Part shown: positions 24,501-34,199 of the stretch, piece after piece
How the letters are laid out: each line of letters starts with the position of its first letter
How positions within the stretch are numbered: position 1 is the first letter of the stretch
Virus record (IMG/VR): IMGVR_UViG_3300035126_000842
Span: 58,314-122,313 of that record
Reading direction: 5' to 3' (one strand)
From: a virus
DNA length: 64,000 nt
The notes under the pieces: model-generated
Database searches by the model: none
Told to the model about the DNA's origin: nothing
What the model saw: only the letters and a program-made list of their open reading frames with translations
Program-made: the position numbers and the translations under genes

Positions 24501-27293
24501 AGGTTTTTTACCAGAACCTGCATTATCACGAATGTTGTCCCAAAGTCCTCTACGAGAATAACTACCATCTTTTCTTCTTATCATACCACCATTTTTTTGT
24601 TTTTGCTTAACAGCAGAGTTTACATTATGGCGAAGATAATCACCCATAGGGTAACTCTGTTTAGTATAGTTACTAGGATTAAGTATATTTAGTTTAACAG
24701 CATTATTTGAATGATTGAAATACTGTACAGAATTGTTACGTAAAATGTTATTTTCTCTTTGAGCAATTAAATTAGTAACTAATTCAGAAAACTCTTTAGG
24801 ACTATATTCTAGTACACCATGTGACATAAAAGGCTTACCAAAAAATTTTTCTAGTTTTACGTTACCTGGAACCAAATCCCATATATCATTATATTCCATT
24901 ACATTGTTGTAAAATCGCTGATTGTAACCACCCATTATATTAGTAGTGGTAAAATCACTTTCTTTAGTTTGAAGACTGTTATCTAAAGCATCTATTTTTT
25001 TCTTTTCTTCTTTCAATAATTTTAAATCTTGCACTGATGCATATTTAGGATTATAATAAAACCAAGGAGCTAAATCAGCAATGTTAGGTAAGTCATTTAA
25101 CAATCTATTTTCATTATTAATCGAAAATATTTCAAGATTTTTTAATTGTTCGGGAGTATAAGCAGGATGATTAATAGGAGCAGTTTCAGCAATTCTAAAC
25201 GTATTATATTTTTGAGGAAGTCCACTATACAATCGCCATGCATCATATCTATTAGTTGATACCAATGGATTTTTAGTATCTATTGACATTATAACTTTGC
25301 TTATGTCATCTGTTAAAATTTTTGAATTTGTTTTACCTAAAATTATTTTTTGGGGTATTTGAAGAATTCTTTTTGTAGCATTATCATAACTATAAGGTAC
25401 AACATACTCAGTCAATAATTCGGATACTATAGGCAAATAACCTTTTCTTTGTTTACTTGTTATGCCTAATTTTTCCATTTGTTCTTTTGCAATTTCAAAC
25501 TGAGTTAATCCTTTTTGCAAACCCTCTTTTTCTATTTGTAATAATGCGTTATCTATTTTATTAAAATAGGATGACGCTTGTTTTGCACCTTTAAAACCTG
25601 CACCTAAAAAAGGTACTGCTTCAAGAGCATTCATTCCAGCACTTAAATAATTACCTTCTGAAATATCACTAGGTATGTTAGCTAATCCTTCTATAGTAAG
25701 AAGAGGATTAACCGCGTCACCAATAGGGTCTATAGATATTAAACCCCCACCTTGAGGTTCTCTCCAACCTTGATTTTGAGATTGCTCATACTGTTGTTGA
25801 ACTATACGTTGTCGTTCTTTTTCTGTTTGATATGTATTATCAAAATCTTCTTCTATCTCTACTTTAACGGGTAGTGATTTTTGAGTAGTAACACCAGCAG
25901 CAGTTGCGGTAGATTTTGCTACACTTCTATTAGAACCTGCATAACCAGCAGGTCCTTTCCAGGAACCTTTATCTTGATATTTTGGTAATGAGCCACCATT
26001 TTTGTATTTACCTCTCCAACCTATTTTGTAATCTTGTAATAAATCATCTATATATTTTTTAAACTCCAAATTTTGTTCGGGAGTTAAATTTTTATAATCC
26101 ATAAAAGGAAAGCTTTCGTCTACATCAAACATTTTAGAACCTCTTTTACCCATAACGTTTGTACTTCCTTTATACATAGCCATAGGTCTTTCGTAAGAAA
26201 GAACAGGATTAAAATCAAAACGTCGAAATCCTTTAGATAAATCATCAAAATTATTTTCTGGATGAAAATATTTATTAAACCAATTTTGATAATTACCTGT
26301 AGAATAATCTCTAGGTGATGTCATTCTTATTTGGTAGTTTCCATAATAATTAGGAGTAGAAGATAAATATAAACCTCCTAAATATCTATTGTCTGGTAAT
26401 CCTGATGTATAACCATATTGTTCCATAGGAACATGAGAAGCTTGATATTTTGCAATGGATAGAGGATCGTTAAAATCAACTCCTGCATTTTTCATGTTTT
26501 CAAATTCAGAAATTTCATTATAATAATGAGGTCTAGACATATCAAACGAAATCCCTGTATTGTCTTGAATACCTTTACCATCTTTAGGTACACTTCCTTT
26601 AACACCTCTAAATCTAGTTGCTTCTCTGTTCAAAGCAAACTGTGTTAGCTTATTTGTTTTGTCTGTACTTCTAGCAGCATAATTAACATCACCTAAATTA
26701 AAATCTTTTCCTATTAAGCCTTCTTTTTGTAAACCTTTAATAAATTGTCTTCTTTTTAAAAATCCTTTAGCATCTTCTAATTTTGTAGGATCTATTTTTA
26801 TAGAATTAGAAGTAGTACTGCTAAAATCAAATAGTTCTTTAGCATCAACATTACTATTAGTTATGTGTGGGAATCTAGTTCTTTTTAATCCTCTAAATGC
26901 TGAACCTGCAAAAGGAAGTGCTTCTAATGCATTCATTCCTGCTCCAAAATAATCACCTTCTAAAATCTGACCTGGTATAGAAGCAATAGATTCAGCAACT
27001 AATAAAGGATTTACAGCATCTCCTATAGGATCTATAGATATCATAGCTCCTGAAGCAGAAGGATCAGTCCAAGGATTCATTCTTCTTTGCAAGTATGCTA
27101 TTTCATCAGCTTTTTTTTGCTCAGGAGTTCTACTATCAATATATTGCATTCCTTCTGTTTGAGGTACAGTGTTTACATAAACACCTGCAGCTTCTACCTT
27201 TGTTACGGCAGGTTTATTTACATTGGACTTACCAACATAACCACTAGGACCTATCCATTGCGTACCTTTTTGAGCTTTAAGTAATTTTTTCAT
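21600..27293 (-). CDS. 1897 aa mosaic protein of GG-delimited modules; putative virion cargo polyprotein
   Basis: Eleven xxxGG boundary motifs, a duplicated ISIDPIGDAVNPLL..AGMNALEAxPFxG segment, and several small basic modules. Confidence 0.65.
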   Translation of the reverse strand: MKKLLKAQKGTQWIGPSGYVGKSNVNKPAVTKVEAAGVYVNTVPQTEGMQYIDSRTPEQKKADEIAYLQRRMNPWTDPSASGAMISIDPIGDAVNPLLVAESIASIPGQILEGDYFGAGMNALEALPFAGSAFRGLKRTRFPHITNSNVDAKELFDFSSTTSNSIKIDPTKLEDAKGFLKRRQFIKGLQKEGLIGKDFNLGDVNYAARSTDKTNKLTQFALNREATRFRGVKGSVPKDGKGIQDNTGISFDMSRPHYYNEISEFENMKNAGVDFNDPLSIAKYQASHVPMEQYGYTSGLPDNRYLGGLYLSSTPNYYGNYQIRMTSPRDYSTGNYQNWFNKYFHPENNFDDLSKGFRRFDFNPVLSYERPMAMYKGSTNVMGKRGSKMFDVDESFPFMDYKNLTPEQNLEFKKYIDDLLQDYKIGWRGKYKNGGSLPKYQDKGSWKGPAGYAGSNRSVAKSTATAAGVTTQKSLPVKVEIEEDFDNTYQTEKERQRIVQQQYEQSQNQGWREPQGGGLISIDPIGDAVNPLLTIEGLANIPSDISEGNYLSAGMNALEAVPFLGAGFKGAKQASSYFNKIDNALLQIEKEGLQKGLTQFEIAKEQMEKLGITSKQRKGYLPIVSELLTEYVVPYSYDNATKRILQIPQKIILGKTNSKILTDDISKVIMSIDTKNPLVSTNRYDAWRLYSGLPQKYNTFRIAETAPINHPAYTPEQLKNLEIFSINNENRLLNDLPNIADLAPWFYYNPKYASVQDLKLLKEEKKKIDALDNSLQTKESDFTTTNIMGGYNQRFYNNVMEYNDIWDLVPGNVKLEKFFGKPFMSHGVLEYSPKEFSELVTNLIAQRENNILRNNSVQYFNHSNNAVKLNILNPSNYTKQSYPMGDYLRHNVNSAVKQKQKNGGMIRRKDGSYSRRGLWDNIRDNAGSGKKPTAEMLKQERKIRNEKKEMGGFFPTSTTGVPYQDKEYMYQGGGETENWLTKLLNTPAGNILKQTLADQVNVVGPAYNATTQILENNPSDYARTVNIALEGLKSPAPFWGDLAINALQEGVSYMGKKNPVGIDRSYETHFKNEKGPKYREGGENPEDWTKFTAFNKTLPNNLRDDNFKYGDYSYYDLYGMWEAAGKPNSFKEVKDTEFFPLQDDGLYHGFSVGKDGIVLKSKNHPSVVYEALASQLSPYTKDLLLTQREDGRLQYVPKKQAGGENLIDMYYKGSNYPYRIKDETKRNEHIKNIFFRDLDEIPREYLTEENIEQVKNFFRKKYRGYGTERGYDVGDNYIGFDYKDFDDKMFAKLVEEYLDQVYSDEAPLIVTNGIESILAKQRKNRAKKRDGGSSSEIDPWVEYHKKLKLYNQYNNEEQPEYELIIDKNTFPNEFEEYTQHDEAVKKYTQQAFDNEDLFVKEFAKKYGLETERKTSKDSLRIKGRVPESLSEEFYKGKVKVLEDIMESKDYKDRLNRKYYLNNMYARPNVKLNEYWKTKKDPNFSVDGIKPTSWEEKIIEQGRTMVPIGSNSYGTIYGQPVGNPTTTESTTYYKPIFQKPLMPKLKKMPLRNITQISYDKPEREFVPLDIPIQKPARNPPQKFYYGMDKKQEKRRLAGKPYTALNSSGNEIYIASGDTRLDSDPENTIGYNKGRAYVEGDRMEEFEPTRDTQNNPISKEQMGGNIYDKETDNLLAQIASMIADGEDPDMLAGSLVDTGYSEEVVDSLVEEAIDRLSELGDYEEEDINQIEDIKVLREGGIPDRYKNQGFTKVGAKRKSNRPGKKWMVLAKKGNKYKIVHGGYKGMKDYTQHGSEERRERFWDRMGGKNSAKAKDQFSPLYWHKRFGTWQDGGKTPIEHPEGQRKFPGKTTRIPSNRITMEGINYPVLAIGDNGKANLMLPGEEYLYLGVNYVDEVPFSK

Positions 27294-30200
27294 CGCGGTG
27301 AAATAGTAGATTTGGTATTGAATATCTTAAATACAAAGTTAACAGCTCCTGAGATAGTTTTACGTAAAAATACTTTCTGAAAGTAATTTCTTAATCTTTT
27401 TTGCTGAAACTCTGGTTTATTGTAATTTATTGCTGCAGGGTTTAGTTGTTTTTTATAACCGTCTTTTCCTACTAACCATATAGGAGAAGTAATACCTGTA
27501 TTCTCTCCTCTATTGTTTATTATGTCGTAGAATTGATTAAACCTGTATTTGTTTTCTTCTTTAGATACTAAGATGTTTATAGAGCTACCTGCTGTAGTAG
27601 GATAAGACGCTGCTAAATAAGGATTTTGTCTAGGGTAAGGTACTAGATTTAATAAACCCGAACATTGCTCTTTATTGGATACAACCGCTTGATCAAAATT
27701 TCCATCTAGTTGAGTGTAACTAACATCTGGTGAATCCGTATAGACAACCGCGTCTAAGTAATATTCAAAAGAATCTATAATAGAAACTTGTTTAGTATTT
27801 ATAGGTACTTCTACTTCAAAAGGATAATCAGTACCATAGAAGTTACAGAAACTATCAAATCTTACATTATGCTTCCAGAAGTCTTTACCATTGATAGCAG
27901 TAAATTTAGTGCGGGAAGATAAAGTGTAATTAGGATGCCAGTCGTGGAAAGAAACCCAGAAATTCTGTTTAGGGTCATAACTAACAGTCCATGATACATC
28001 TATAAAGTAAGGAGAATTTAAAGAAATGTTTCTTAATTTTCTACCAGGTAATTGCTTGCTTACTAATGTAAACTTACCTCTACCTGTATAGAAATAATCC
28101 CATAGAGTCTTGTATTGAGGATTAATTACATAATCACGTTTTGTAAAATACAGAATAGAAGATTCGTGGTCATAACTAATAAAAGATCCTATTCCTACTG
28201 CAAGATTATTAGTATCAGGAAAGTTAGGAAAATCTTCTAGTATTTTATAACCCATGTAGTTATTAAACCACCACTTTAATCCTTTTGCTGTTATATCTTC
28301 TAAAGCACCCTGTCCTGCTACTCTATATATTTTTTTCAGAGAATTAGACATTAAGAATACTCCAGCAGGACAGTTTATAACACCAAAAGTATCTATACAA
28401 GCACCTTCCATAAAAGAACGATCGCTAGATGATATATTTTGTAGAGCTTGTTCAAACAAACCACCATCTCCTAAAGTAACTTTAGTACCAAGATCTGTTT
28501 GTAAAGAATCAGAACCTTGAATCATTACAGGTGATCTATCATTAAAAACAATCATAGAACCGTTTTTGTTAATGTTTTTAATATTAACAATACCACCTGA
28601 AAGTATTTTAAAGTTATCAGGAAGATAAACTCTCCAAGGATCTGATACAGAACCGTTGTCAGGAAGTGAATACACTACCATACTAGGATCGTATGTAAAA
28701 CAATCTAGGTATGTAATAGGATCATATGTTCTAGGTTGAATATTACCCCAAGAAATTTTATCAAAAAATATTTTACTATGACTTAGTGAGAAATCATATC
28801 TGTATTGTTCTCTTTCAGTTATTACATCAGGGTTAAATAATTTATCAAGGTCTGTGTAATTGTATGGGTGATAGTGTCTATATCTATCTTCATCTAACCA
28901 ATCGCGTAAGTCAACGTTTATTTCACTTTCTACAAAAAAATCACGAACACCAGAGTAGAAGAGATACATAAAAGCATTCTTTACTCCTAATCGTAATTTT
29001 CTAAAATTAAGAGGGTTAAATGTACAGTTTTGACCATCTTGATCTAGGTTACTAAAATCAGAAGGTACTACACCCTCTTGATCTGGTTGTATTGGTATTG
29101 TAGGTCCTGCTGGATTAGAAGTAAATACAGATGAAGCCAAGCCTCCTAAACTACTCATTAAACCTTTAAAAAAATCGTTTAAATCGTAACTTTCAGTATT
29201 CATCCAGAATCTAGGTCTAAAAACAGTAGCGTTATATTTTCTATAATCTATTTCATACCCGTCAGGTCTATTCTGTAACCAATTTCTAAAAAAGAAGAAA
29301 GGATTTTTTTCTGTGTGTCTTCCTATATAAATATCACCACCAAATAACGGACCTGTACTAGAAACCCAAGTATTGTTTGTGTTGGGAGAATCAATATAAT
29401 GTGAACTAATAGGTATTTGATTTATAGTATCTAACTGACCATATTGGTTTACTATTCTGTTCACTAAAGCTCCGTAAATAGTAGCAGAGTTTTTTCCAGT
29501 AACAGGCAATCCGTTAATATGATCTTTTCCGTAAGGTGTATTTGCATCACCTAACGTAAATCTGCTAGTATCATCAGAAGGTGAAAGTAATCCTGTATGA
29601 TCAAACGATAACGATTGCGTTTCTACAAATACAAATTTGTTTCTTAAAGTATTATCTATTCTAAGATTACCAGCATTAAATACACCAGAACCTATATAAC
29701 CACTATTAAATACCTTTCTTCTGCTTATAAAAAGATTATCATAATCTTTATATAAACAATGAGACCTTTGTTGATATGCAAATTGTCTATATGGTACCAG
29801 TTTAAGTAATAGTTCTAAGAATTCATCAGTAGCTTCAGACCATGAGTTTAATAGTATTGGCAATTGATAAAAAGCTTTAAGTGGAAAAGGCATTCCTTCA
29901 TAACGACTGTCATTAAATGTTACAGTAGTTGTAGGTAGTTCAAAAGCATTAGTTGTAGTAGCTAGCCCTAATGTTCTATTTATAAAATTTCTTAAAGTAC
30001 CGCTTGATGTAAGTGCTACAGGAGGCGGAACTATAGTAGGTTGTACATATGTAGCAGAAGAAGTATTAATACTAGCTGTAAAATTAGCTAATATTCTAAA
30101 TATTTCAGGAGCAATTGTATTTTGGATATCATTGTTTAATATATCAGTGAAATATGTAGTCAACTGTGTTGCTTGAGCAGCTGTTAAAGGTCCTGTAGGA

Positions 30201-32317
30201 AAAGTAGTACCACCATTTAATAATTCAGGACCTTTAGTTTTAGGTAAAGTCATAGTAGATATAGTAGGTTCACTAGATGCTTTTTTGACACCTAAAACTA
30301 AACCTGCTATCATAGATAAAAAGAAACTTAAATCTGATGGTAGTTTATGTCTGGGATGATTTTCAACAGGACTAAATATAGCTCTATCTAATTCACCTCT
30401 TACAATACCATATTTTTTTGCTTCATATGGAGCTAGATACGGTTCTTTAAATTGTGTATCAGGAGAGTGGAAACTATAATGTTCTGTTCTAGTAAATGTA
30501 GCACGATCTGTTTTCCCTTCTGCATCACAGTTGCCTTTTTTATAAGCTGGATTAGGAGGTTGATTAGCAGGTTGTAATAATTTTTCTGTAGGACCTACTT
30601 GATTATAAGGAAAGTTCTGTATAGCATCGTTACCTTGAACCAAAAGATTATTAAATATACCTTTTGCTACAATAGTTTTATTTCCTTCACGCGATCCTCT
30701 TAATATTTCATAACCTACAATACCTGGTACATCTATTAGAACAGAAGGATTAGTAGGGTTGGGCATTTGAGGTTTTGCAATATTATAAAACCTAACACCC
30801 ATTATTCTAATTTGTCTTCCGTCATTACTATGATGCCACGAGTTTCCAGTTCGTCTAGATGGAAATTTATGATGTCTGATATAATCATTACATAAACTAC
30901 CGTATCTGACAGAGTCGTTTGGATATCGTTCAGAAGATTGCCAATACGACATTTCACCTTCTTCAATTATTTGACCTTCATATTTAGAAGCGGTATCTAT
31001 ATGTTGATAAGAAGTGTTAGTAGTAACAATAGATGTATCTTCACCTTGCCAATTAAAAGCAAAATCAAAGTTATTACCTGTACCTGGAGGAATAATACCT
31101 AAATCTGTTTGAACAGGAGCTCTACCTGGAATATGATATGACTCACTTCTTTCTCCTGTATCATATAAAAATCTAATAAAAAATGGATAGACTTCATCTG
31201 ACATGTAACCAGTTACAGCTCCCCCGTTTTTGTAAAAATTAGATTCTACTTCCCATATTACATATTTAGATCTAATATTATTAGCTGTAGGTTGATAGTT
31301 AAAACTATATCTAGTTCTAGGACCTACTCTAAGCATATAATCACCTACCGTATAAGTAGCATCTGATTTTTCATAAACAGGTCTGCGAACAGGAAGATTA
31401 GAAAGTGGTACCGTAAGCAAAGAATCAGGTATAATACTTATTCCTATTGTAGCTTCTTGACTAGGAGCAGCACCGTTGCTAGTAGCATAAAAACCAAAAC
31501 TTTTAGCTATTGTATTTCCTGCAATAGTGTAAACAATGACTAATTCAAACTCACTGAAGTACTCAGTATCAAGATTAGTTACACTTACTTCTATAGCACC
31601 ACCTATTCCTACATGATTAAATATAGGTTGAGGATTAGTAATAGCATAATAATCACCAAATCTTTGTTGATTAATAGTGTATGCTACGCATGCTTGATAA
31701 GAACCGTTTATTAACTCACCTCCATATGTAGCTTTTCTAATATCTACTTTAGGTATTTTGATTTTTGGGGTAAGTCTTATTTGATCACAATCTAATTGTA
31801 AGGGTAGAATGTTAGTGCATATACTACAACCTGTAGGACTAGGAGTACATATTTGTTTGTATGGAATACTAGTAGGAGATAGATATCTAGTAGGATTTCT
31901 ACCATCGTCCCAATAAAAAAATCTATGACAATCAAATGAATCTTTAACACCACCTGACCTAATAGGATTAGAAGAAGAAAAATTTAAACAAGGATCGTTT
32001 ACTATTTTAGTATAAGTGCAAGTAGATTCCGTATATAGTCCTATTTCATGGTTATTAGAATCATCAGTAGAAAAGATAATCCACTCGTCGTCATTAAAAA
32101 ATAAATAACCTATTACAGGAAAAGGAGCACTTGTACAAAATAAAGTAGAAGATTCATTAGATATAGTAGCCATATCACCCTGTAATGTATTTACAGCAGC
32201 ATTTCTAGCATGTGACCAAGCACCTTCTGGTAAGAAAGAATCATTAAGGTCTTTCATCATACCTTTTACAAAAGTATTGCTCTCACCTTGTTTTAAATTT
32301 TGAAAGTTCTCTGCCAT
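27290..32317 (-). CDS. Tail stabilization protein (crAss-like, P22 gp10-like/muzzle)
   Basis: 1675 aa beta-rich protein starting NTFVKGMMKDLNDSFLPEGAWSHARNA, located just downstream of ring/tubular-type genes as in crAss-like tail modules. Confidence 0.75.
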   Translation of the reverse strand: MAENFQNLKQGESNTFVKGMMKDLNDSFLPEGAWSHARNAAVNTLQGDMATISNESSTLFCTSAPFPVIGYLFFNDDEWIIFSTDDSNNHEIGLYTESTCTYTKIVNDPCLNFSSSNPIRSGGVKDSFDCHRFFYWDDGRNPTRYLSPTSIPYKQICTPSPTGCSICTNILPLQLDCDQIRLTPKIKIPKVDIRKATYGGELINGSYQACVAYTINQQRFGDYYAITNPQPIFNHVGIGGAIEVSVTNLDTEYFSEFELVIVYTIAGNTIAKSFGFYATSNGAAPSQEATIGISIIPDSLLTVPLSNLPVRRPVYEKSDATYTVGDYMLRVGPRTRYSFNYQPTANNIRSKYVIWEVESNFYKNGGAVTGYMSDEVYPFFIRFLYDTGERSESYHIPGRAPVQTDLGIIPPGTGNNFDFAFNWQGEDTSIVTTNTSYQHIDTASKYEGQIIEEGEMSYWQSSERYPNDSVRYGSLCNDYIRHHKFPSRRTGNSWHHSNDGRQIRIMGVRFYNIAKPQMPNPTNPSVLIDVPGIVGYEILRGSREGNKTIVAKGIFNNLLVQGNDAIQNFPYNQVGPTEKLLQPANQPPNPAYKKGNCDAEGKTDRATFTRTEHYSFHSPDTQFKEPYLAPYEAKKYGIVRGELDRAIFSPVENHPRHKLPSDLSFFLSMIAGLVLGVKKASSEPTISTMTLPKTKGPELLNGGTTFPTGPLTAAQATQLTTYFTDILNNDIQNTIAPEIFRILANFTASINTSSATYVQPTIVPPPVALTSSGTLRNFINRTLGLATTTNAFELPTTTVTFNDSRYEGMPFPLKAFYQLPILLNSWSEATDEFLELLLKLVPYRQFAYQQRSHCLYKDYDNLFISRRKVFNSGYIGSGVFNAGNLRIDNTLRNKFVFVETQSLSFDHTGLLSPSDDTSRFTLGDANTPYGKDHINGLPVTGKNSATIYGALVNRIVNQYGQLDTINQIPISSHYIDSPNTNNTWVSSTGPLFGGDIYIGRHTEKNPFFFFRNWLQNRPDGYEIDYRKYNATVFRPRFWMNTESYDLNDFFKGLMSSLGGLASSVFTSNPAGPTIPIQPDQEGVVPSDFSNLDQDGQNCTFNPLNFRKLRLGVKNAFMYLFYSGVRDFFVESEINVDLRDWLDEDRYRHYHPYNYTDLDKLFNPDVITEREQYRYDFSLSHSKIFFDKISWGNIQPRTYDPITYLDCFTYDPSMVVYSLPDNGSVSDPWRVYLPDNFKILSGGIVNIKNINKNGSMIVFNDRSPVMIQGSDSLQTDLGTKVTLGDGGLFEQALQNISSSDRSFMEGACIDTFGVINCPAGVFLMSNSLKKIYRVAGQGALEDITAKGLKWWFNNYMGYKILEDFPNFPDTNNLAVGIGSFISYDHESSILYFTKRDYVINPQYKTLWDYFYTGRGKFTLVSKQLPGRKLRNISLNSPYFIDVSWTVSYDPKQNFWVSFHDWHPNYTLSSRTKFTAINGKDFWKHNVRFDSFCNFYGTDYPFEVEVPINTKQVSIIDSFEYYLDAVVYTDSPDVSYTQLDGNFDQAVVSNKEQCSGLLNLVPYPRQNPYLAASYPTTAGSSINILVSKEENKYRFNQFYDIINNRGENTGITSPIWLVGKDGYKKQLNPAAINYNKPEFQQKRLRNYFQKVFLRKTISGAVNFVFKIFNTKSTISPR

Positions 32318-33543
32318 TAGTTAATTATATCGTAAAATCTTCTATACATAATATCACGCGCTTGTTTCCAAACTCTTTTCATTTCAGAGAAATTAGGAGT
32401 CCTTACAATACTTAACGCATTAATTCTTGATATTCTAAGTTTTGCTACAATAAGTTGAATCTTTCCTTCTAATCCTGTTTCACCATTCATTAAAAGGTTC
32501 TCAAGAATTCTTTCTTTAAGAGCATATTCGTAGTATTCTGTAATCATAGGATGGTCTAAAACTAGTAAGTTACCATTATCATCTTGCATAAGCGCTTGAT
32601 AGTTAATGTAAATAGTACCGTTTTCAAAACCAGCGTTTATAAAACCATCTTTAATTTCAGCATGAGCTCCTGACCTAATTCTAGTATTAGGACAATCGCA
32701 ATCTATTTGTCTACCCGGTTTAAGATATATAGGCATAAACTCGGTGTAAGTTCTAGTAGTGTATTTTACCTTTTGAATTAACTGATAATAATCACCACAT
32801 TTATTCATACACGCATCTTGTGGCATACAAAAAGGAGAATCATTAGGTTCTTTTTCTACAGGAGTTACATTTTGTATAGGGTCTCCACAATTAGGTGCTG
32901 TATTATTGTATTGATTATGTCTTTGTTTACATGCAGCACAATCCGAATGTTTTTGTAAAACTGGATAAGTGTGCCAATTTCCTGAAAAAAATTGAGGTGG
33001 TGCAGCACTAGGAATTGATTGAAAACCACAACATCCTAATTCTATACACATACCTCTATTAGTGTCATATTGAATATAAACAGTATCATTTGGAGTTAAT
33101 GGCACATAACTAATTAAACCAAATCCATAATCTCTTCCTAGACTTGTACCAAAACAATCTGTAGCACATAAAGAAGCTGAATCAGGACCATAGTCTATAT
33201 AATAATAATAAATTTTAGGTTGTTTACATTCAGGCGGAGTAAGAACAACATCTTCAATATGAGTACCAGAAGGTACCATTTCTTCTACAGTATATTTACC
33301 ACATAAGTATGCGTAGTTTAATATTTGAAAATCAGAAGGTAATCTACCCTTGTAATTACAAATATCAATAACTGCTTCTTTTTCTCTTGTTATTTGAATT
33401 CCTAAATCATAATTAACCCTACCTGCAACTCTAATAAGTTGTTGAGGGTCAATCATATTTTCAAGGTTGTATTGTTGAAAATCAACATTTACATCCGCCA
33501 TTAACTCATCAAAAGTTTTATACTGTAGTTCTACTGTTTTCAT
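32317..33543 (-). CDS. Putative tail ring/tubular protein with Cys-rich insertion
   Basis: Synteny directly upstream of the stabilization gene; about 16 Cys, mostly in a central insert. Confidence 0.5.
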   Translation of the reverse strand: MKTVELQYKTFDELMADVNVDFQQYNLENMIDPQQLIRVAGRVNYDLGIQITREKEAVIDICNYKGRLPSDFQILNYAYLCGKYTVEEMVPSGTHIEDVVLTPPECKQPKIYYYYIDYGPDSASLCATDCFGTSLGRDYGFGLISYVPLTPNDTVYIQYDTNRGMCIELGCCGFQSIPSAAPPQFFSGNWHTYPVLQKHSDCAACKQRHNQYNNTAPNCGDPIQNVTPVEKEPNDSPFCMPQDACMNKCGDYYQLIQKVKYTTRTYTEFMPIYLKPGRQIDCDCPNTRIRSGAHAEIKDGFINAGFENGTIYINYQALMQDDNGNLLVLDHPMITEYYEYALKERILENLLMNGETGLEGKIQLIVAKLRISRINALSIVRTPNFSEMKRVWKQARDIMYRRFYDIIN

Positions 33544-34199
33544 TGTCTTGTATTATCTTGTTTATCAATCATAGGATCTGCAGGTAACTGTTCCATAACA
33601 GCAAGATCTTGCTTAAATCCGTTTTCAATTTCTGAATACAAATAGGGTGGTACACGGGAAATAGTTTGTTGCATATTTCTACAACCATCTTGGACACCTA
33701 AATCTATTTCAAACAAAGCTTCAATAAGTATTGCATCCCAATCGATATTAGGAAAATAAAGATACCCATCTATATACCAAGCATATTTGTTTGTATTAAA
33801 CTTAAAGCTTTTGCTTTTAGTCATTTCTACATAAATAGAAGGTGCTGTAAAAGTAAAAGAAGTACCTCTATCTATTGATGTAACATTTCTAAACAAAGGA
33901 CCGTATGCACCATCTATTACTTTTGGTAGTTTATCTTTAGTTCTTCTTATTGTACAACCAGATTGTATTCCAACACAACATGCTTCTACTTTATCAACTT
34001 CTATAAGTTCTACACAAGGAAGTACCTGAAACACCGTTTGGTATTTCATAATACGGTTTAGATTATCCTGTCTTCTTATATACAGATATGCGTATTTTAG
34101 AAAAATAGAATACAAATCTCTGTCAGTTAAAAAACTATCAGGACTTATTGCTTTTGCTATTTTTCTAAGACGTGCTACTATTACTCCAATTGTATCCAT
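33540..34199 (-). CDS. Putative tail tubular/ring protein
   Basis: 219 aa; position in the crAss-like tail block; YAWYIDGYLYFPN segment. Confidence 0.5.
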   Translation of the reverse strand: MDTIGVIVARLRKIAKAISPDSFLTDRDLYSIFLKYAYLYIRRQDNLNRIMKYQTVFQVLPCVELIEVDKVEACCVGIQSGCTIRRTKDKLPKVIDGAYGPLFRNVTSIDRGTSFTFTAPSIYVEMTKSKSFKFNTNKYAWYIDGYLYFPNIDWDAILIEALFEIDLGVQDGCRNMQQTISRVPPYLYSEIENGFKQDLAVMEQLPADPMIDKQDNTRQ

